A DNA stretch of 64,000 nt, from NCBI GenBank assembly GCA_964016885.1, contig OZ024743.1, positions 49,228,001 through 49,292,000 on the forward strand. Reading direction: 5' to 3'. The notes under the pieces were generated by a model that worked only from the letters and a program-made list of their open reading frames with translations, did no database searches and was not told where the DNA came from. The position numbers and the translations under genes are program-made. How positions within the stretch are numbered: the stretch's first letter is position 1; each line of letters starts with the position of its first letter. Below are positions 26,012 to 39,300 of the stretch, in pieces. The DNA comes from Eledone cirrhosa (taxonomy: Eukaryota).

Positions 26012-26177
26012 TAGCTATATTATACATCAGTGATACTCAAAGTGGATTTAATAAAAAAAACTTTTGAATTTTGTGAAAAAATTCCTGGATTTCAGGAGAT
26101 AATTTTCACAAAATTGTATTTAATTTTTTTAATTTGAAAAAAAGTTTTGTTTCATTTAATGATTTATTAAAATTGAG

Positions 26178-27405
26178 ATTGGAGACAAATGAAGCGTACA
26201 TGCTTTGATGGATGTGCAATAGTATTGTGCATGAATGACAAAGTGTAAATGAACCAAGAAAGAAACTAGGCATAAAAGGGATCCTGCAGTATGCAGGAAA
26301 GGAGACTGTGGTGGTATGGACATTTGATGTGTATGGAGGATGACAGATGTATAAAAAGGTACAGGGCACTCAAAGTTGATGGAAGCTACAGAAGAATAAG
26401 ACCTAGAAAGACTTGGGATGAGATGATAAAAGCTGACCTTGCACAATTAAACTTCTCAAAGGAGATGTCATAGGATCGGGTTCTCTGATGTTATGCTGTA
26501 CTGTAGAAGACGCACCTTCCCATATGCACAGAATGAAGCAACATGTAGAGGTCATTGGCCTACAACAAGCAGTCTTAATAACTTCACCCTCACCAACTAA
26601 ATACTCTAACCCACCTCATCCATGTCCAACTTGCATACTCCTTCTCCTTCCCACCTTACACCTTCCCTAGTCTTAATAACCTTTACCCTCATGAACTAAA
26701 TACCCCTCTCATCTCATCCATGTCCAACTTGCATACCCCTACCCACCATACATGCTCCTATGGTACCTCTCTCATCATGCTCAATCCCTACACGCAAGTG
26801 TGGAAAGTAGGATATGCTCTGAATCTGCTCCCATAATGCTATTGCTACAACAAAAAGCACTTCACCTACACTTCTCACATCAGCTAAGTACCCCACTTTA
26901 GACCTACTTCTCCAATCCCCATCCTACATACATGCACCACACTCTCCCTCACTAACTTTCCACATCTGATACACCCCTCTTGTATAATCCATGCACACAA
27001 GCACAGAAAGCTGGATACACTCCTCCACACTGCTGCCAAAATGAGTAAAAGTTCCCAGTCCACCCTGTAAGGTGGTCATGCTGGTGACACAACAGAAGCC
27101 TCCAGTCCAGCATATAAGGTGCTCATGCTGGTAACATGTCAAAAATCCCCCAGTCCACTCTGTAAAGTGGTCATGATGGTGACACAACAAAAAGTACCCA
27201 GTCCTCCAACCTGACCGTTGGTTGTTTTGGTGCAACAAGAAAAATCACCCAGTCCACACTAAATGTGGGTACCATTAGGAAGAACATCCAACCATAGAAA
27301 CCAAGCCAGAAACAGTCATCTGATCCAACTTGTCTCACAACAGGACAACTAGTCTAACCCATGCTAGCATAGAAGATTGGACATTAAATGGTGATGATGA
27401 TGATG
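26178..27405 (+). mobile_element. Decayed RTE LINE 3' portion with a long 3' UTR
   Basis: QERRLWWYGHLMCMEDDRCIKR..RPRKTWDEMIKADL. UTR homologous to 11254-12150(-). (GAT)n tail. Confidence 0.8.
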
Positions 27406-29147
27406 GTAAATGTGGTGGATGTTGTCTGTAAAATATAGCAATGGGTTTTGTTATCTTGGGAAAATAGTGTAATGCTCCGTGACAAAATAGGCTTAGGAAT
27501 TACTCCACTAAGATATCAGATAAAGTAAACAATTATAAGGAATGGTTACAACAATACCCGTAGTACTTTCCTACTAGACAACAAATGTTGCCAATAGTTC
27601 TCAATGATTATTTGCAATTTATTTAAAACGTTACCAAGGAAAGCTTCTACAAGAGAGAGAGGGGAGAGAGAGAGGAGAAAACTTGTTCAACACATCTTAC
27701 ATCGACAAATACTTTGTGAATACAAGTCTGGTGATTACATTCTGATAATGGCCAGCTTGATAGGTAAAAATGGTACACCTGGCACCAAAATAACATTCAA
27801 CACTATTCTATTCCCGCTATGATATTTTTCCATATGTGAAGGATTCTTTAAACTCATTCTTAATGAATGGATTTAGTTTATATATTCTCTGAAATAAATA
27901 GAAAGCATAAAAAAAAATAAGGTAGGAACTATTTCCATAAAAGTGCTATGAATATGTAAACCAGGAAATGAAACATTTGTAGATTAGTACAAACTGGGAG
28001 TGAAAGTCACCTTCAAATATAGCAGCTACACTAGCAACAATACTTATTGCTTCAGTTCTTATATTTTTATATTTTAAATGTCATTTTTTAAACTTTATTC
28101 CAACAATTTTAAAGATGTTTTATTCCTGCTAGCTAAGCTACAAGTGACTTTTATTTTGAAATCCTTATAATTTCAAATTAAATTTGCCCAAATCTCTCTT
28201 GTGATATTAAATGTTTTGTAACTACTTTATTCCCTGACAGCTGTCAAAAGTAATATGTCTGTGAAAGCATCCCAAAACAGTTATATATATTAAGGTGTGC
28301 ACCATATTGTAAATAGGTGTGGTGTTTCTTTTTTCTGTTGTTTACCCTTTTACTTTGATTGCCAGCTTGAGATTTACGAAAGGTGGTAGCAGCCATCAAA
28401 GTGGTTTTCACAAATAGAATTATAGGCACAGGCATTATGTATGGTTAAGAAGCTTGCTTCACAATCATAGTTTGGGTTTGATTTCACTAGAGAAAGAATT
28501 TCTACTATAGTCTTGGGCCAACCAATGCTTTGTGAGTGAATTTGGTAGATGGTAATTGTAAAGAAGTCTGCTATATGTGTGTGTGTGTGTGTGTGTGTGA
28601 GAAAGGTGAGTGTCTATGAACATTTTTAGGTAGACAGGTAGCAAAGAGGGGAGGGCTAGTTTGAATGCTTGCAACTGAAAGAACTCACTAAAGCCACCCA
28701 AATAGGCTATAGTGGAATCTGAGCTCAAAACATAGAACTGAAACCAATACCACAAGGCATCTTGTCCAACGCCCTAATAATTCTGTTGATGTACTATCCT
28801 AGACTGGTATTTTATTTTATTGACTCTGAAAGGACGAAAAGTGAAGTTGACCTGAGCAGGATTTGAACTTAGAATGCAGAAACCAGAACAAATAGTGCCA
28901 GACAACTGTGCCAATTTGTTGCCTTGTTTGCAGGCATCTGGAGAGATGAGGCATTATAGATTTGTTTAGCAGATGTTTTGTATTGAAGAATCTGATAGGA
29001 ATCTTATGATGATGATACTGTACATGATTGGTAATCAGGTTAATTGATAGAATGTTTATAAAATATTAGAGATTATCTTTTAAGATTTGATTAAAAATAA
29101 TTGAAGCTGCCAAGATTTGCTTTGATATAGGCAAGAAATTTGATATT

Positions 29148-29310
29148 AAGCATGACTGTGTGATTAAGAAATTTGCTTTGCAGCTACATGGTTTTGGGTT
29201 CAAACTCACGATGTGGCACATTGGGCAAGTGTCCTCTACTATAGCCAAGGGTTGTAAAATGTGAGTAAATTTGGTAGATGGAAAGTGTGCAGAAGTTCAT
29301 CGTATATTGG
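29148..29310 (+). mobile_element. tRNA-derived SINE of a second, older family. Related copies at about 16625-16790, 19325-19475, 22395-22530(-), 28426-28575, 44183-44320 and 52476-52620
   Basis: GCATGACTGTGTGATTAAGAA head, GGGTTCAAACTC B-box-like motif, GGCAAGTGTCCTCTACTATAGCC and GTGAGTAAATTTGGTAGATGGAAA shared among copies. Confidence 0.7.
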
Positions 29311-29821
29311 GCATATGGCTGTAGAATATGTCCAGCCCATACTACCATCGAGAAATGCACATAAAATTCATGTTGTTGATGATTAACCCTTTCATGAACA
29401 TATATTAAAATACACTGTGATGTATTTTAATTAATTTTTAAAGTGATCAAAACATTTCGTGCTGAGGAATTAAGTAAGATAACTGACTTTATCATTATTA
29501 ATCTGTTGTTTGAGGATAGGGGGTTGGCAGAGTTGTTAGAGTGTCAGACAACTGCTTAGCAGTATTTATTGTGGCTTTCTATGTTCTGAGTTCACATCCT
29601 GCTACGGTCAACTTTGCTTTTCATCCTTCAGGGGTTAATAAATGAACGTACCAGTCAAGTATTGGGGTTGCTATAATCAACGCCCCCCCCCCCACACACA
29701 CACATAAAACAAAACCTTGTGCCTAATTTAGAGACCATTATTAGTCTGGTGTTTGGAACATAACTTTTTGAGTGCCAGTGCTATTTTCAGTAGTTTATTG
29801 CCCCAAGCTGGAATTACATTA

Positions 29822-30245
29822 TTGCCATATTATCGGAGCTGTGATCTTTCAATTTGGAGAAGTATTGGCTCTACCTGGAGTGCCTCTCTGGTCTCCGAGC
29901 TACATACTCTATCAATTAATGTTACTCCAAAGACCCTTTGGAGAAACCCCATTTTGGCTGCTTGTATTTGTGATAGTATTCTTTCTGTCGTTACCCAAGA
30001 ATCATGACCATAGGTAAGGGTTGGCACAACTCCTATATTACGGACATGTGGTTAGAATATCTCAGGAAAGTATCGCTGGACAGATTTTATAGGTTAAACC
30101 AACCTGGAGGAGACCTAGGGGTAGATCCCAAGCAAAATGTTTGAATAACATCCATGAGGTCGACTGGTCTCGCTTGGGGCTCCAGCTGGATCAATTGAAA
30201 ACAGTTACTTCTGACAGGGTGCATTGGAAAGTGTTCTTAATGACT
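29822..30245. mobile_element. RTE-clade LINE 3' fragment with an inverted 5' part
   Basis: Minus strand 30027-29822 reads PTLTYGHDSW...LLQIERSQLR. Plus strand from about 30026 reads YGHVVRI...RRPRGR...WSRLG, the continuation of the same protein. Confidence 0.75.
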
Positions 30246-31371
30246 CTGCCCTCATACCCCCCCCCCTCTCAAACGAACAAAGAAGAACTTTTTTCTTCAT
30301 CACTGAAATTAGTAGAAATACCACTGCTATTAATATCTTTTGGCTTACATTTTATTTCTGTTTAGATTATTTTACTATTTGTGATAAGTTCTTTCCTTCA
30401 AATACTCTCACTCAAACTCTCACCCACTCTCACTCACACAGATGCAAATCTCTAATGTTTCAAGTCACTTTACAAATTCTGGAGCTGGCATGGCTGTGTG
30501 GTTAAGAGGTTTGCTTCAGTCTCATAATTTGTGTGTGTGTGTCTGTGTGTATGCTTATTGTTTGTATATATGTCTTGTAACATAGTGGTTTGACTAATAG
30601 AGATTGATAAAATAAGTACCAGGCTTGAAAAAAGCACCATGGTCGATAGGATTGACTAAATCCCTAGAAGGTATTGATTGCCATAGCATGGCTACAATCT
30701 AATGATTGAAACGGGTGAAAGAGTAAATCTGTTTATACTAGAATAGATATATATTAGTTGCTATATTTGTTGAAAAACATAGATAAGTAGGTTAATAGTT
30801 TTTCTGTCCGTCCTTCTATATACCTATAATTTATGTCATGTTTATTATAATCTTTCCTTTAATTAACTCTTAACGTCCTGTGTCACACAAAACTGCATTA
30901 ACTAGACATTATTGAGAAGTATAACATAGCAGTACGACTGCATCACATAAAAAAACTGAAGTCTTTGCTTTAACACTGCCAATTTTCACAATGATCTGTT
31001 CACTAGTAAAGGTACTGTAAACATTTGAATTGATAAACCCACATTTAAGTATTTCTACAAAATCATTCCAGGATGTTAAGAGTTAAGAAATCTACTTCAC
31101 AGTTACTAATTATTCCATACATTTCAGACATTTCAACTTTCAGTTTTGTGCAGTGAAATAAGCAAATAAATTCATTGGTTTGGCAGTATCGGTAGAGGGT
31201 CGGACAACATGCTTTGTAGTACAGAGTTACGCCCCTTTCTGATCTGAGTTCAAATGCTGCTGAGGTTAACTTTGCCTTTCATTCTTACGGGGTCGATAAA
31301 ATAAAGTACCAGTAATGCACTGCCTAATTGCTGGCCTAGTGCCAAAAGTAGAAACAATTATCATAAATCCC

Positions 31372-32164
31372 TCTACACTTCCAGAAAACATACAGATAGC
31401 TTATGTATGTTTTAAGGGAAGATTGTTGTAGGCACAGTTGAAAAGAATGGGTAGGAGATTAGATCCTTGTGGCACTCCATTTGGAGCATTGCAGGTTTTG
31501 GAAGTGTTGTTATTTGACACTAAATAGGATTGGTGGTCTGAAGTTAGTTTGCTAGCCAATGTTTTGTGGTTTATTTTAAAGTGATTATATGGTTGGATGG
31601 TATTTAGAATGGTGTGCATGTAATGTATTTTTGTTGTTGAAGTCATCATGTATTTTCTGTGTTAGGTTTGTGTGTAGTATGATGTTTGAGTGTAGTGGTC
31701 TGAATCTATGTTGTGATTTTGGGAATGGAGTACTCTCTGGATTAATAATTTTTAAGGTGTCAGTTTGTATGATGTTAATTCACTTGGATTTTTGTTGGGA
31801 TTAAAAATTATTATAATTTTGCCCAGCTTCCAGATTCTGGGATTTGACAGTGTTGGTACAATTAGTAGCAAATGTTGGTTCAGTGATTCCTTCAGTCCCT
31901 AGATGTTTTAGGTATATGTTACTGGACCGAGATCTTTGGCGCTACACAGTAATACAGAAGACCCGCCTTACCTGAGTACAAAGTGAAACCTACTACAGTC
32001 AGTAGGCACCTCTAACAAAAAATACACCCCCCGTCCCACTACCCCCACCCCAACCATACCACCCCTTTCAATGTAAAGTTATGTTGGTACCACAACATCC
32101 AGTCCGAAACAAATGAGGTCGTGTAGGTGTCACGACAAAAAAAAAACACACAGTCCACGCTGTA

Positions 32165-32202
<38 letters not shown>

Positions 32203-32870
32203 ATGTATATATATGTATGTATATATTTGTGTGTATGTATATATATGTGTAGGTAATACGGTGAAAACCTCCCTGTCCACACTGTAAACGTGGTTGGTGT
32301 TAGGAAGGGCATCCAGCCGTAGAAAACCCGCCAGACAGTCCTATGCGAGCAAGACAACCACTCTTGCCTCAAGTGGGAAAACTCCCGTCCAAACCCATGC
32401 AAGCGTGGAAGATGGACGTTAAACGATGATGATGATGATGATGTTTGTGATTTTGTCTGGTCTTGAGGCTTTTGAATTTTTTATAGTTCCCTATTGTTAT
32501 TTTTTCTTTTTTTGGTGTCTGATGGAAACTGCATAATTTTGGTTGTGCTTCTATTATTTTTAGAGGGTGACTCTTGAGATATCTCTGGTAAGGGTATTTT
32601 TTTTAGTTTTACAGTGTTGATATTGTGACATGAGGAGAAGTGAAGTGACTGATGTTACTGTTGATGCTGTTAATTACTCTCTAGTGTATTTTACTGTTGG
32701 TTTATTCCTTTATATTGGATATAAATATTTGCCAGTTTTTTGTTGTTTATTTTCCTTGTTCAATGTTGAGTTTTATTTTGGTTGCATGTGCTTTGGATGT
32801 ATTGTGTTAGAGATGTTTCTGGTTCTATGAAGTTGGCTATTTCTGCTGTGTAATTCAGGTTGTAGTTGTT
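31372..32870 (-). mobile_element. Decayed LINE RT (Jockey/I-like), interrupted by an RTE-type 3' UTR fragment at about 31915-32442
   Basis: NGVPQGSNLLPILFN RT motif in ORF 31401-31649. Strongly A/C-rich minus strand. Many stops. Confidence 0.6.
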
Positions 32871-32879
32871 TTGTTGTTT

Positions 32880-33102
32880 TATGTGGTGTAGTGTATGTGG
32901 TGTAGTGTCTATGTTGGTGTAGTGTCTATGTTGGTGTAGTGTCTATGTTGGTGTAGTGTCTATGTTGGTGTAGTGTCTATGTTGGTGTAGTGTCTATGTT
33001 GGTGTAGTGTCTATGTTGGTGTAGTGTCTATGTTGGTGTAGTCTGTGTTGGTGTAGTGTCTATGTTGGTCTAGTGTCTATGTGGTGTAATGTCTATGTTG
33101 GT
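32880..33102. repeat. 17-bp minisatellite (TGTCTATGTTGGTGTAG)n
   Basis: About 13 tandem units. Confidence 0.92.
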
Positions 33103-35094
33103 GATTGTGGTATTGTTGAATTCTATAAAAAAAACTTGATTCTGTTTCTTAGTTGAACTTGATCTATCATGTTTGTAAAGATGTTTTTTACTTTTTAACT
33201 GTTAACTATATTGGCTTACACCTTGTTTGTTGGCCTCCTCTGAGGTTTCCTGCAACTGTGCACTGCATGAAGGCATCGTTTGCCTTTCAAATAACCTCAA
33301 ATCATTATTCAGCTTTCAGATTGGACTGGTCTGGCTGTTATATTGTTGTCAACTTGTTTAAGAGGAGAATGTTACATTTGAAATTATATAGTTCAACCCT
33401 TGCTAGCAAGGGTTTAGAGAAAAATATATGTATAAGATTCTGTCATAGAATGCCAGTAGGCAGTCTTTCCAAAAGTTGGTTCTGCCAGATAAGGTGTCTG
33501 TTCATAGAGTTTAATGTAAATTTATTGTTTCTTTTTATATGAATAATTACTTTCATTTTTGAAAGTAGTGATGTAGAGTTTGTTGCCAGGGGGGACACCA
33601 TATATATCAGTTATAGTTTCTTTAGCTATTAGTTTCATCTCTTTTAAATTAACTACACATTAACAGCTATTGACACATTACTTATTGCTGTATCATTATA
33701 ATGATCACAATAGACTGTTACATGCTCTAGCAATCAAAACCAAAAATCTTAACACTTTTCTCTTCATTACAATCATCATTACATAAGACTTTATTAAGAA
33801 TGAGTTTCAACTGATACTTGACTTCCATGACAGTAGAAGTTCACAGCTGATGAGTGTCTCTTTATAATCAACTTTTTTGTTTCTGGTTGTTGTCACCTCT
33901 GTGGCGTTATTTACCTAAAGCTGTCTAAATTCCCAGTATAAATACTTAGGTTTCCATTTGTTTGTAGTAAACTGCATATAGTTGTAGTAATAGTATTATT
34001 AACTATTTGTTTCAATGGCTTTGCTGTGTTTCAAACAAATGCTGCTTGTTGTTCAGCATAGATATTTGCCTACATGCATTATACAAGTAACATTAGCCAG
34101 TAAAACCTGATCATATAGCTACTATTACATTGCACATCTCAAGTCTTATACCATCTATTCTTATCCTCCAGTCTGTGTCGATTGAATTGTTTTAGAGAAC
34201 AATGCCAGTATGGTGGAATGAGATAGTTTCCAAATGACAGTTTTCACTGACAATACAAAGTAGTCTTTCTAAAAACTAAGAATGCAATGAATCAAATGTA
34301 ATGTAACTGTGAGAAACAGATTAAGAATGTTTAATTTATCAATAATTCAGTGTAAATAGTAATTTCATTGTAATAGGGTTTACTATCTTTCATTCTCTAT
34401 GTTCTATAGATTGAGGAAAATAGATGTTTTGGTGTTAAATAATGATTTGTTATGTAAGAAATTAAATTGTAATTTTGCTTTTAGAGAGCAATAATGTTTA
34501 ATTGCTTTGACCATGGTGCAGAGCAGTGTTTCCTCAAAAGATTATTTCTTTTTTTCTTCTTCTTCCTCCTCCTCCTTCTGGTAAGATTGTCAAGGCTAAG
34601 CCTTCAAACATGCCTTGCAGAGGATGCTATCAGAAGCAATTGTTCTGACTTGATCCCCAAGTGAGACCAACCAAGGTCATGGATGTTATCCAACCATTTT
34701 GTTTCTGGTCTACCTCTGGGTCTCGAAAGATTTCTTTTAATAAACATTTACTATATGTTTTGTTTTTTACTGTTTTATAACAATATTTCTAATGAAATGC
34801 ACATTTGGACCCCCCCCCCCTCCCCCCCGTCCCCCCAAAAAAGAAGAAAAGAAGAAAAAAAATCCAATAAAAACATCTTTTTGTGCTTTTTTCCTTGAAT
34901 TTTCCACTGAAATATCTTTTTCAAAGAGAAGTGATTACTAGTACATAAGCAAAAGTAAAGTAAATGGACTGACAAATGATTTGACCTTGCAAGCCAGTTG
35001 AAATTGCTCAAAAGTTATAGTAACAACAACATTTAGAAACTTGTGGCCAATCTAACCAGAAATATGATAGAGCAATTGAATAGGTATACCATAT

Positions 35095-35371
35095 TCACGA
35101 GTGTCGTATGAGGTAACTAAAAAGGGTTGGTAGAAGGGCATCCCATATCCATGAGTGTCGTATGAGGTAACTAAAAAGGGTTGGTAGAAGGAAGGGCATC
35201 CCATATCCATGAGTGTCGTATGAGGTAACTAAAAGGGTTGGTAGAAGGAAGGGCATCCCATATCCATGAGTGTCATATGCGGTAACTAAAAGGGTTGGTA
35301 GAAGGAAGGGCATCCCATATCCATGAGTGTCATATGAGGTAACTAAAAGGGTTGGTAGAAGGAAGGGCATC
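35095..35371. repeat. 57-bp tandem repeat, about 5 copies
   Basis: Unit CATCCCATATCCATGAGTGTCGTATGAGGTAACTAAAAGGGTTGGTAGAAGGAAGGG. 19-aa periodicity in ORF 35095-35424. Confidence 0.92.
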
Positions 35372-35654
35372 TGGCTGTAAAACATTCTCTCAAAAAGGAC
35401 CCCATTAATGAATATGAAGCCCATAAGGCTAACCCTTCCTTTAGCAAGGAAAATAGCCTTAAAATGCTTGATGTGTTATTGTTGTTGTCAACAGAAAATA
35501 TAAAGCATTTTGGTTTAATAGGCATATTATAGAAATCTATTTATTAATTTGAAGAACGTCAGTATTCCGTGTGTCATAATTCTCGATTATCATTGGTTCA
35601 TAGGTTGCAAACAACTCCGCCCACCTCAATGATGCCAAACTGAAAGTAATATGC

Positions 35655-36297
35655 ATAATGCCAATGAGGGAGTGAGAGGGGAGAGTGTGAACGCTGTGTT
35701 CAATAACTATTAACATGTGTGCGTGTGTATGCACATATGTTTGTGTGTGCAGCGTTCCACAGAAAGTAAAAACTATCATGTGTGAGTGTGTAAGATTGCG
35801 TGCATGTGCGTGTTTCCATGCGTGTATGTGTGTGGCGTTCCACAATCGCCACACAGTTTATATGTCTGTGTGCCTGTCTGTCAGTCTAACATACAGAGTT
35901 GTGAAGGGAGTAAATAGGGACCTTGCTTTAAATTGACGGACATCTTTTATATTTATTATTGTGTCATTTTTTATACACTATGTATATGTCAGTGTAGAGA
36001 CATGTGTGGAAATAAGAGGGGAAGGAAAGCAATACCTATTAACATGTGTGTATGTTTGTGTGTGTGCGTGCGTGCAGCGTTCAACAGAAACTAAAAACTA
36101 TCAACATGTGTGCGTGTGTAAGTTTGCGTGCGTGTGCGCATTTCCATGCGTGTATGTGTGTGGCGTTCCACAATCGCCACGCAGTTTATCTGTCTGTGTG
36201 CCTGTCTGCTAGTCTAACATACACAGAGCTGTGAAGGGAATAAATAGGGACCTTTCTTTACATTGCCGGACATCTTTTATAGTTATTATTGTCATTT
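35655..36297 (+). repeat. Tandem duplication of about 330 bp in the Helitron 5' region
   Basis: 35700-35970 and 36030-36297 share ..GCGTTCCACAATCGCCAC..AGTCTAACATAC..GTAAATAGGGACCTT..GGACATCTTTTATA. Confidence 0.85.
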
Positions 36298-36314
36298 TTT
36301 GACAATTGCTTGAA

Positions 36315-39300
36315 ATGAATAATGATAATAAAAGCAATTCGGCTTTATCAAACAGTGAACTACAGCGGCGATGGCGTGCAGCCAGCAATGAAGAAAAACG
36401 GGCCGAACAGCGCCATCGGAACGCCGAACTTCAGAGGTGAAGACGTGCCACCATGAATGAAGAGGAGCTGGCTGAACAACGCCAACAAAACACTGGAGCC
36501 AAGCAGCGATGGCGTGCTGCGATGGTTGAAGACGAACTGACTGAGCATCATCAGCAGATAGCCAGAATTCAGCAGCAACGGCGTGCTGCGATGGATGAAG
36601 AGGAGCTGGCTGAACAGCGCCAGCGCAATACAGAAGTTCAGAGAATATGTCGCCAAAGTGCTCCTCATTCCAGTAAAGAGGCTAAAAGGTGAACGGGTGA
36701 TATTCAAAATGGATCATGGCAACCATGTCATTTTCAGATTGGTGGACGAGCAGTGTCCACATTGTGGAGCATTGCTTTGGAGGCATGAAAAGACGTGGAC
36801 CACAATGTGCGGTCATAAAGGAGCAGTTCAACTAGAACCCTTGCGAATGCCGGATGATGAGGAGTCACCGGAGTTTAAAATACTAAGTATGTGGGGTGAT
36901 CAAGGAGACCAAGGTAGATTACTGCGCAAATATTCGCGGCAAATTAACAATTCATTAGCTTTAGCATCGTAGAGAGTTAGTGAGATGTTTGAGAGTGGAG
37001 CATGGCAACCGAATGTAGTCATTCAAGGCCGTTTGTATCATTGTATCGTTAATTTAGAAGTTACCCCAGGAGTGAGGCCTCGATTCGCTCAAATTTACGT
37101 TAACGATCCAGATTATAGTGAATCGGAGGAGGATATCAGGATCGGTTGGATGAAGTTGCCGGGAAATATAACTGAACTTGAACGGCAAAGGTTAAGTGAT
37201 TTGATCCGTGATTTGCAATCATGGCTTAGACAGTGTAATCCTTATGTTATGGATTTCATGTTGGTGGCTGAACTGCAAAATGTTCAGCTGCAAACATTGG
37301 TGATTAAGGCTGACACAGTGCCAAGGAATCAACATGAACGGCAATATAATGCCCCTGAAGGATTTTGTGAAGTTGCTGTGTTGATGGACGATAAGCCTGG
37401 ATCGAGAGATATCGTCCTCAATCGCAGAGATGGTGGTCTCAAGACTATCAATGAGTCAAATAGGGCATACAATCCATTGCATTATGTTCTTTTATTCCCA
37501 AAAGGTGAAAATGGATGGAACATGTCTGTTCATTTAGATGATCATGAGAATCAGCATCAACAGGGAGGTGGCAATAGACACAATAATTCGATTCGCGACT
37601 TTTACGCGTTCCATTTGAACGAGAGGAATCAACAGAGAAATGCGCTATTTCAAGCCAGCAGATTGTTCCAGGAATACTGTTGTATGGCATTCGCAAAGAT
37701 AGAAAATCAAAGGCTAAATTATATAGATACACATCAGCAACATATCAGAGCCGAATTGTATAATAATATACAGGATGCGATAACAGCCGATGATGCCAAT
37801 TACAAGCAAATTGATCGACGCATCATTTTGCCATCGTCGTTCATCGGCGGCCCGAGATATATGAACATTCGCTATCAGGATGCAATGGCTATTGTCAGAA
37901 AGTTTGGAAAGCCAGATTTGTTTATAACGGTTACATGCAATCCTGAATGGACTGATATTAAGGATGCACTTTTGCCAGGACAACAGCCAAAGGACTGTCC
38001 TGGTATTGTGGCAAGAGTATTCAAAGGATATCTGAAAAAGATAATGGATGATATGGAAAAAGAGGGAATCTTTGGAGGTATAGTTGCTTTTACATACGTA
38101 ATTGAATTCCAAAAAAGAGGATTGCCACATGCACATTTGCTGATCATTTTACATAGAGATTGCAAATTGAGGTGTGCTGAGGATTTCGATAGCATTGTGT
38201 GTGCTGAACTGCCGGAGAATGAGGCACTACGCAACTTGGTGGCAAAGTCAATGGTGCACAACCAATGTGGAGTGGCAAATCGGAAAGTGCCTTGCATGAA
38301 AAATTGCCAATGCAGTAAGCACTTTCCGAAATCTTTTGTCACGAACACTTCCTGGAACGATGGGGATGCTCATACAGAAGACGGTCGCCTGCAGATGGCG
38401 GTTTGGTCGAAAATGTAAACGGTTGGCAGGTTACAAATCAATGGGTTGTGCCATACAATCCATATTTGATTATGAAATATTGTTGTCATATTAATGTGGA
38501 AATTTGTAGCTCAGTGAAAGCTTGCAAATATCTATTCAAATGTTTACAAAGGTCATGATCGGGCAATGATCAATGTCAGGAATGAGGAAGCGAACCAAGG
38601 AGATGAAGTTGGCAGGCTCCAGGATGTTCGCTCGATTGGATCTAGCGAAGCTTGCTGGAGATTGTTCGATTTTGATCTCAATGAACGCAAACCCAGCGTT
38701 CAGAAACTGACGGTTCACTTAGAGAATAGGCAAATGGTCTGTTTTCAGGACACTAGAAGAGGTGTCGAAAGATTTGCTAACGCACCACCTCCTAAGATGG
38801 AATTGACTGAGTGGTTCAAGCATAATAGGGAACATGCTTTGAACCCGGATCAAAGGCGGCTCTACTGCGATTTCCCTTCGCACTATACGTGGGATAAGAA
38901 GGGAAAGAAATGGAATGATAGGAAACAAAAGTTGAGATTCATGACTATTGGACGGGTTTGTAATGTCCATCCAGCATCTGGTGATGTGTTTTATCTCCGA
39001 ATTTTGTTGCATAGTGATTTTTCGAGAGGTAAACAGAGCTTCGCTGATTTGAAAACAATCAATGGCGTGGAATATGAAACATACCAGGCTGTGTGTCAGC
39101 ATCTGGGACTCCTTCAGGATGACGCTGAATGGAATAACGCCATGGAAGCTGCAGGAACAACACAGATGTCAGCTCAAATAAGGCAGTTGTTTGTCACGGT
39201 TCTAGGATTCTGCAATCCTGCCGATCCAAGAGAGTTATTTGAACGCCATTGGGGAATTATGTCTGATGATTTTAGGCATCATCTTCAGGTTGATGATGAA

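Noticed and set aside
25802-26014. ORF ending in poly-His
   Set aside because: (CCA)n microsatellite with no other coding signal.
33845-33880. Isolated CTGATGAG
   Set aside because: No helix II, GAAA or helix I partner nearby.
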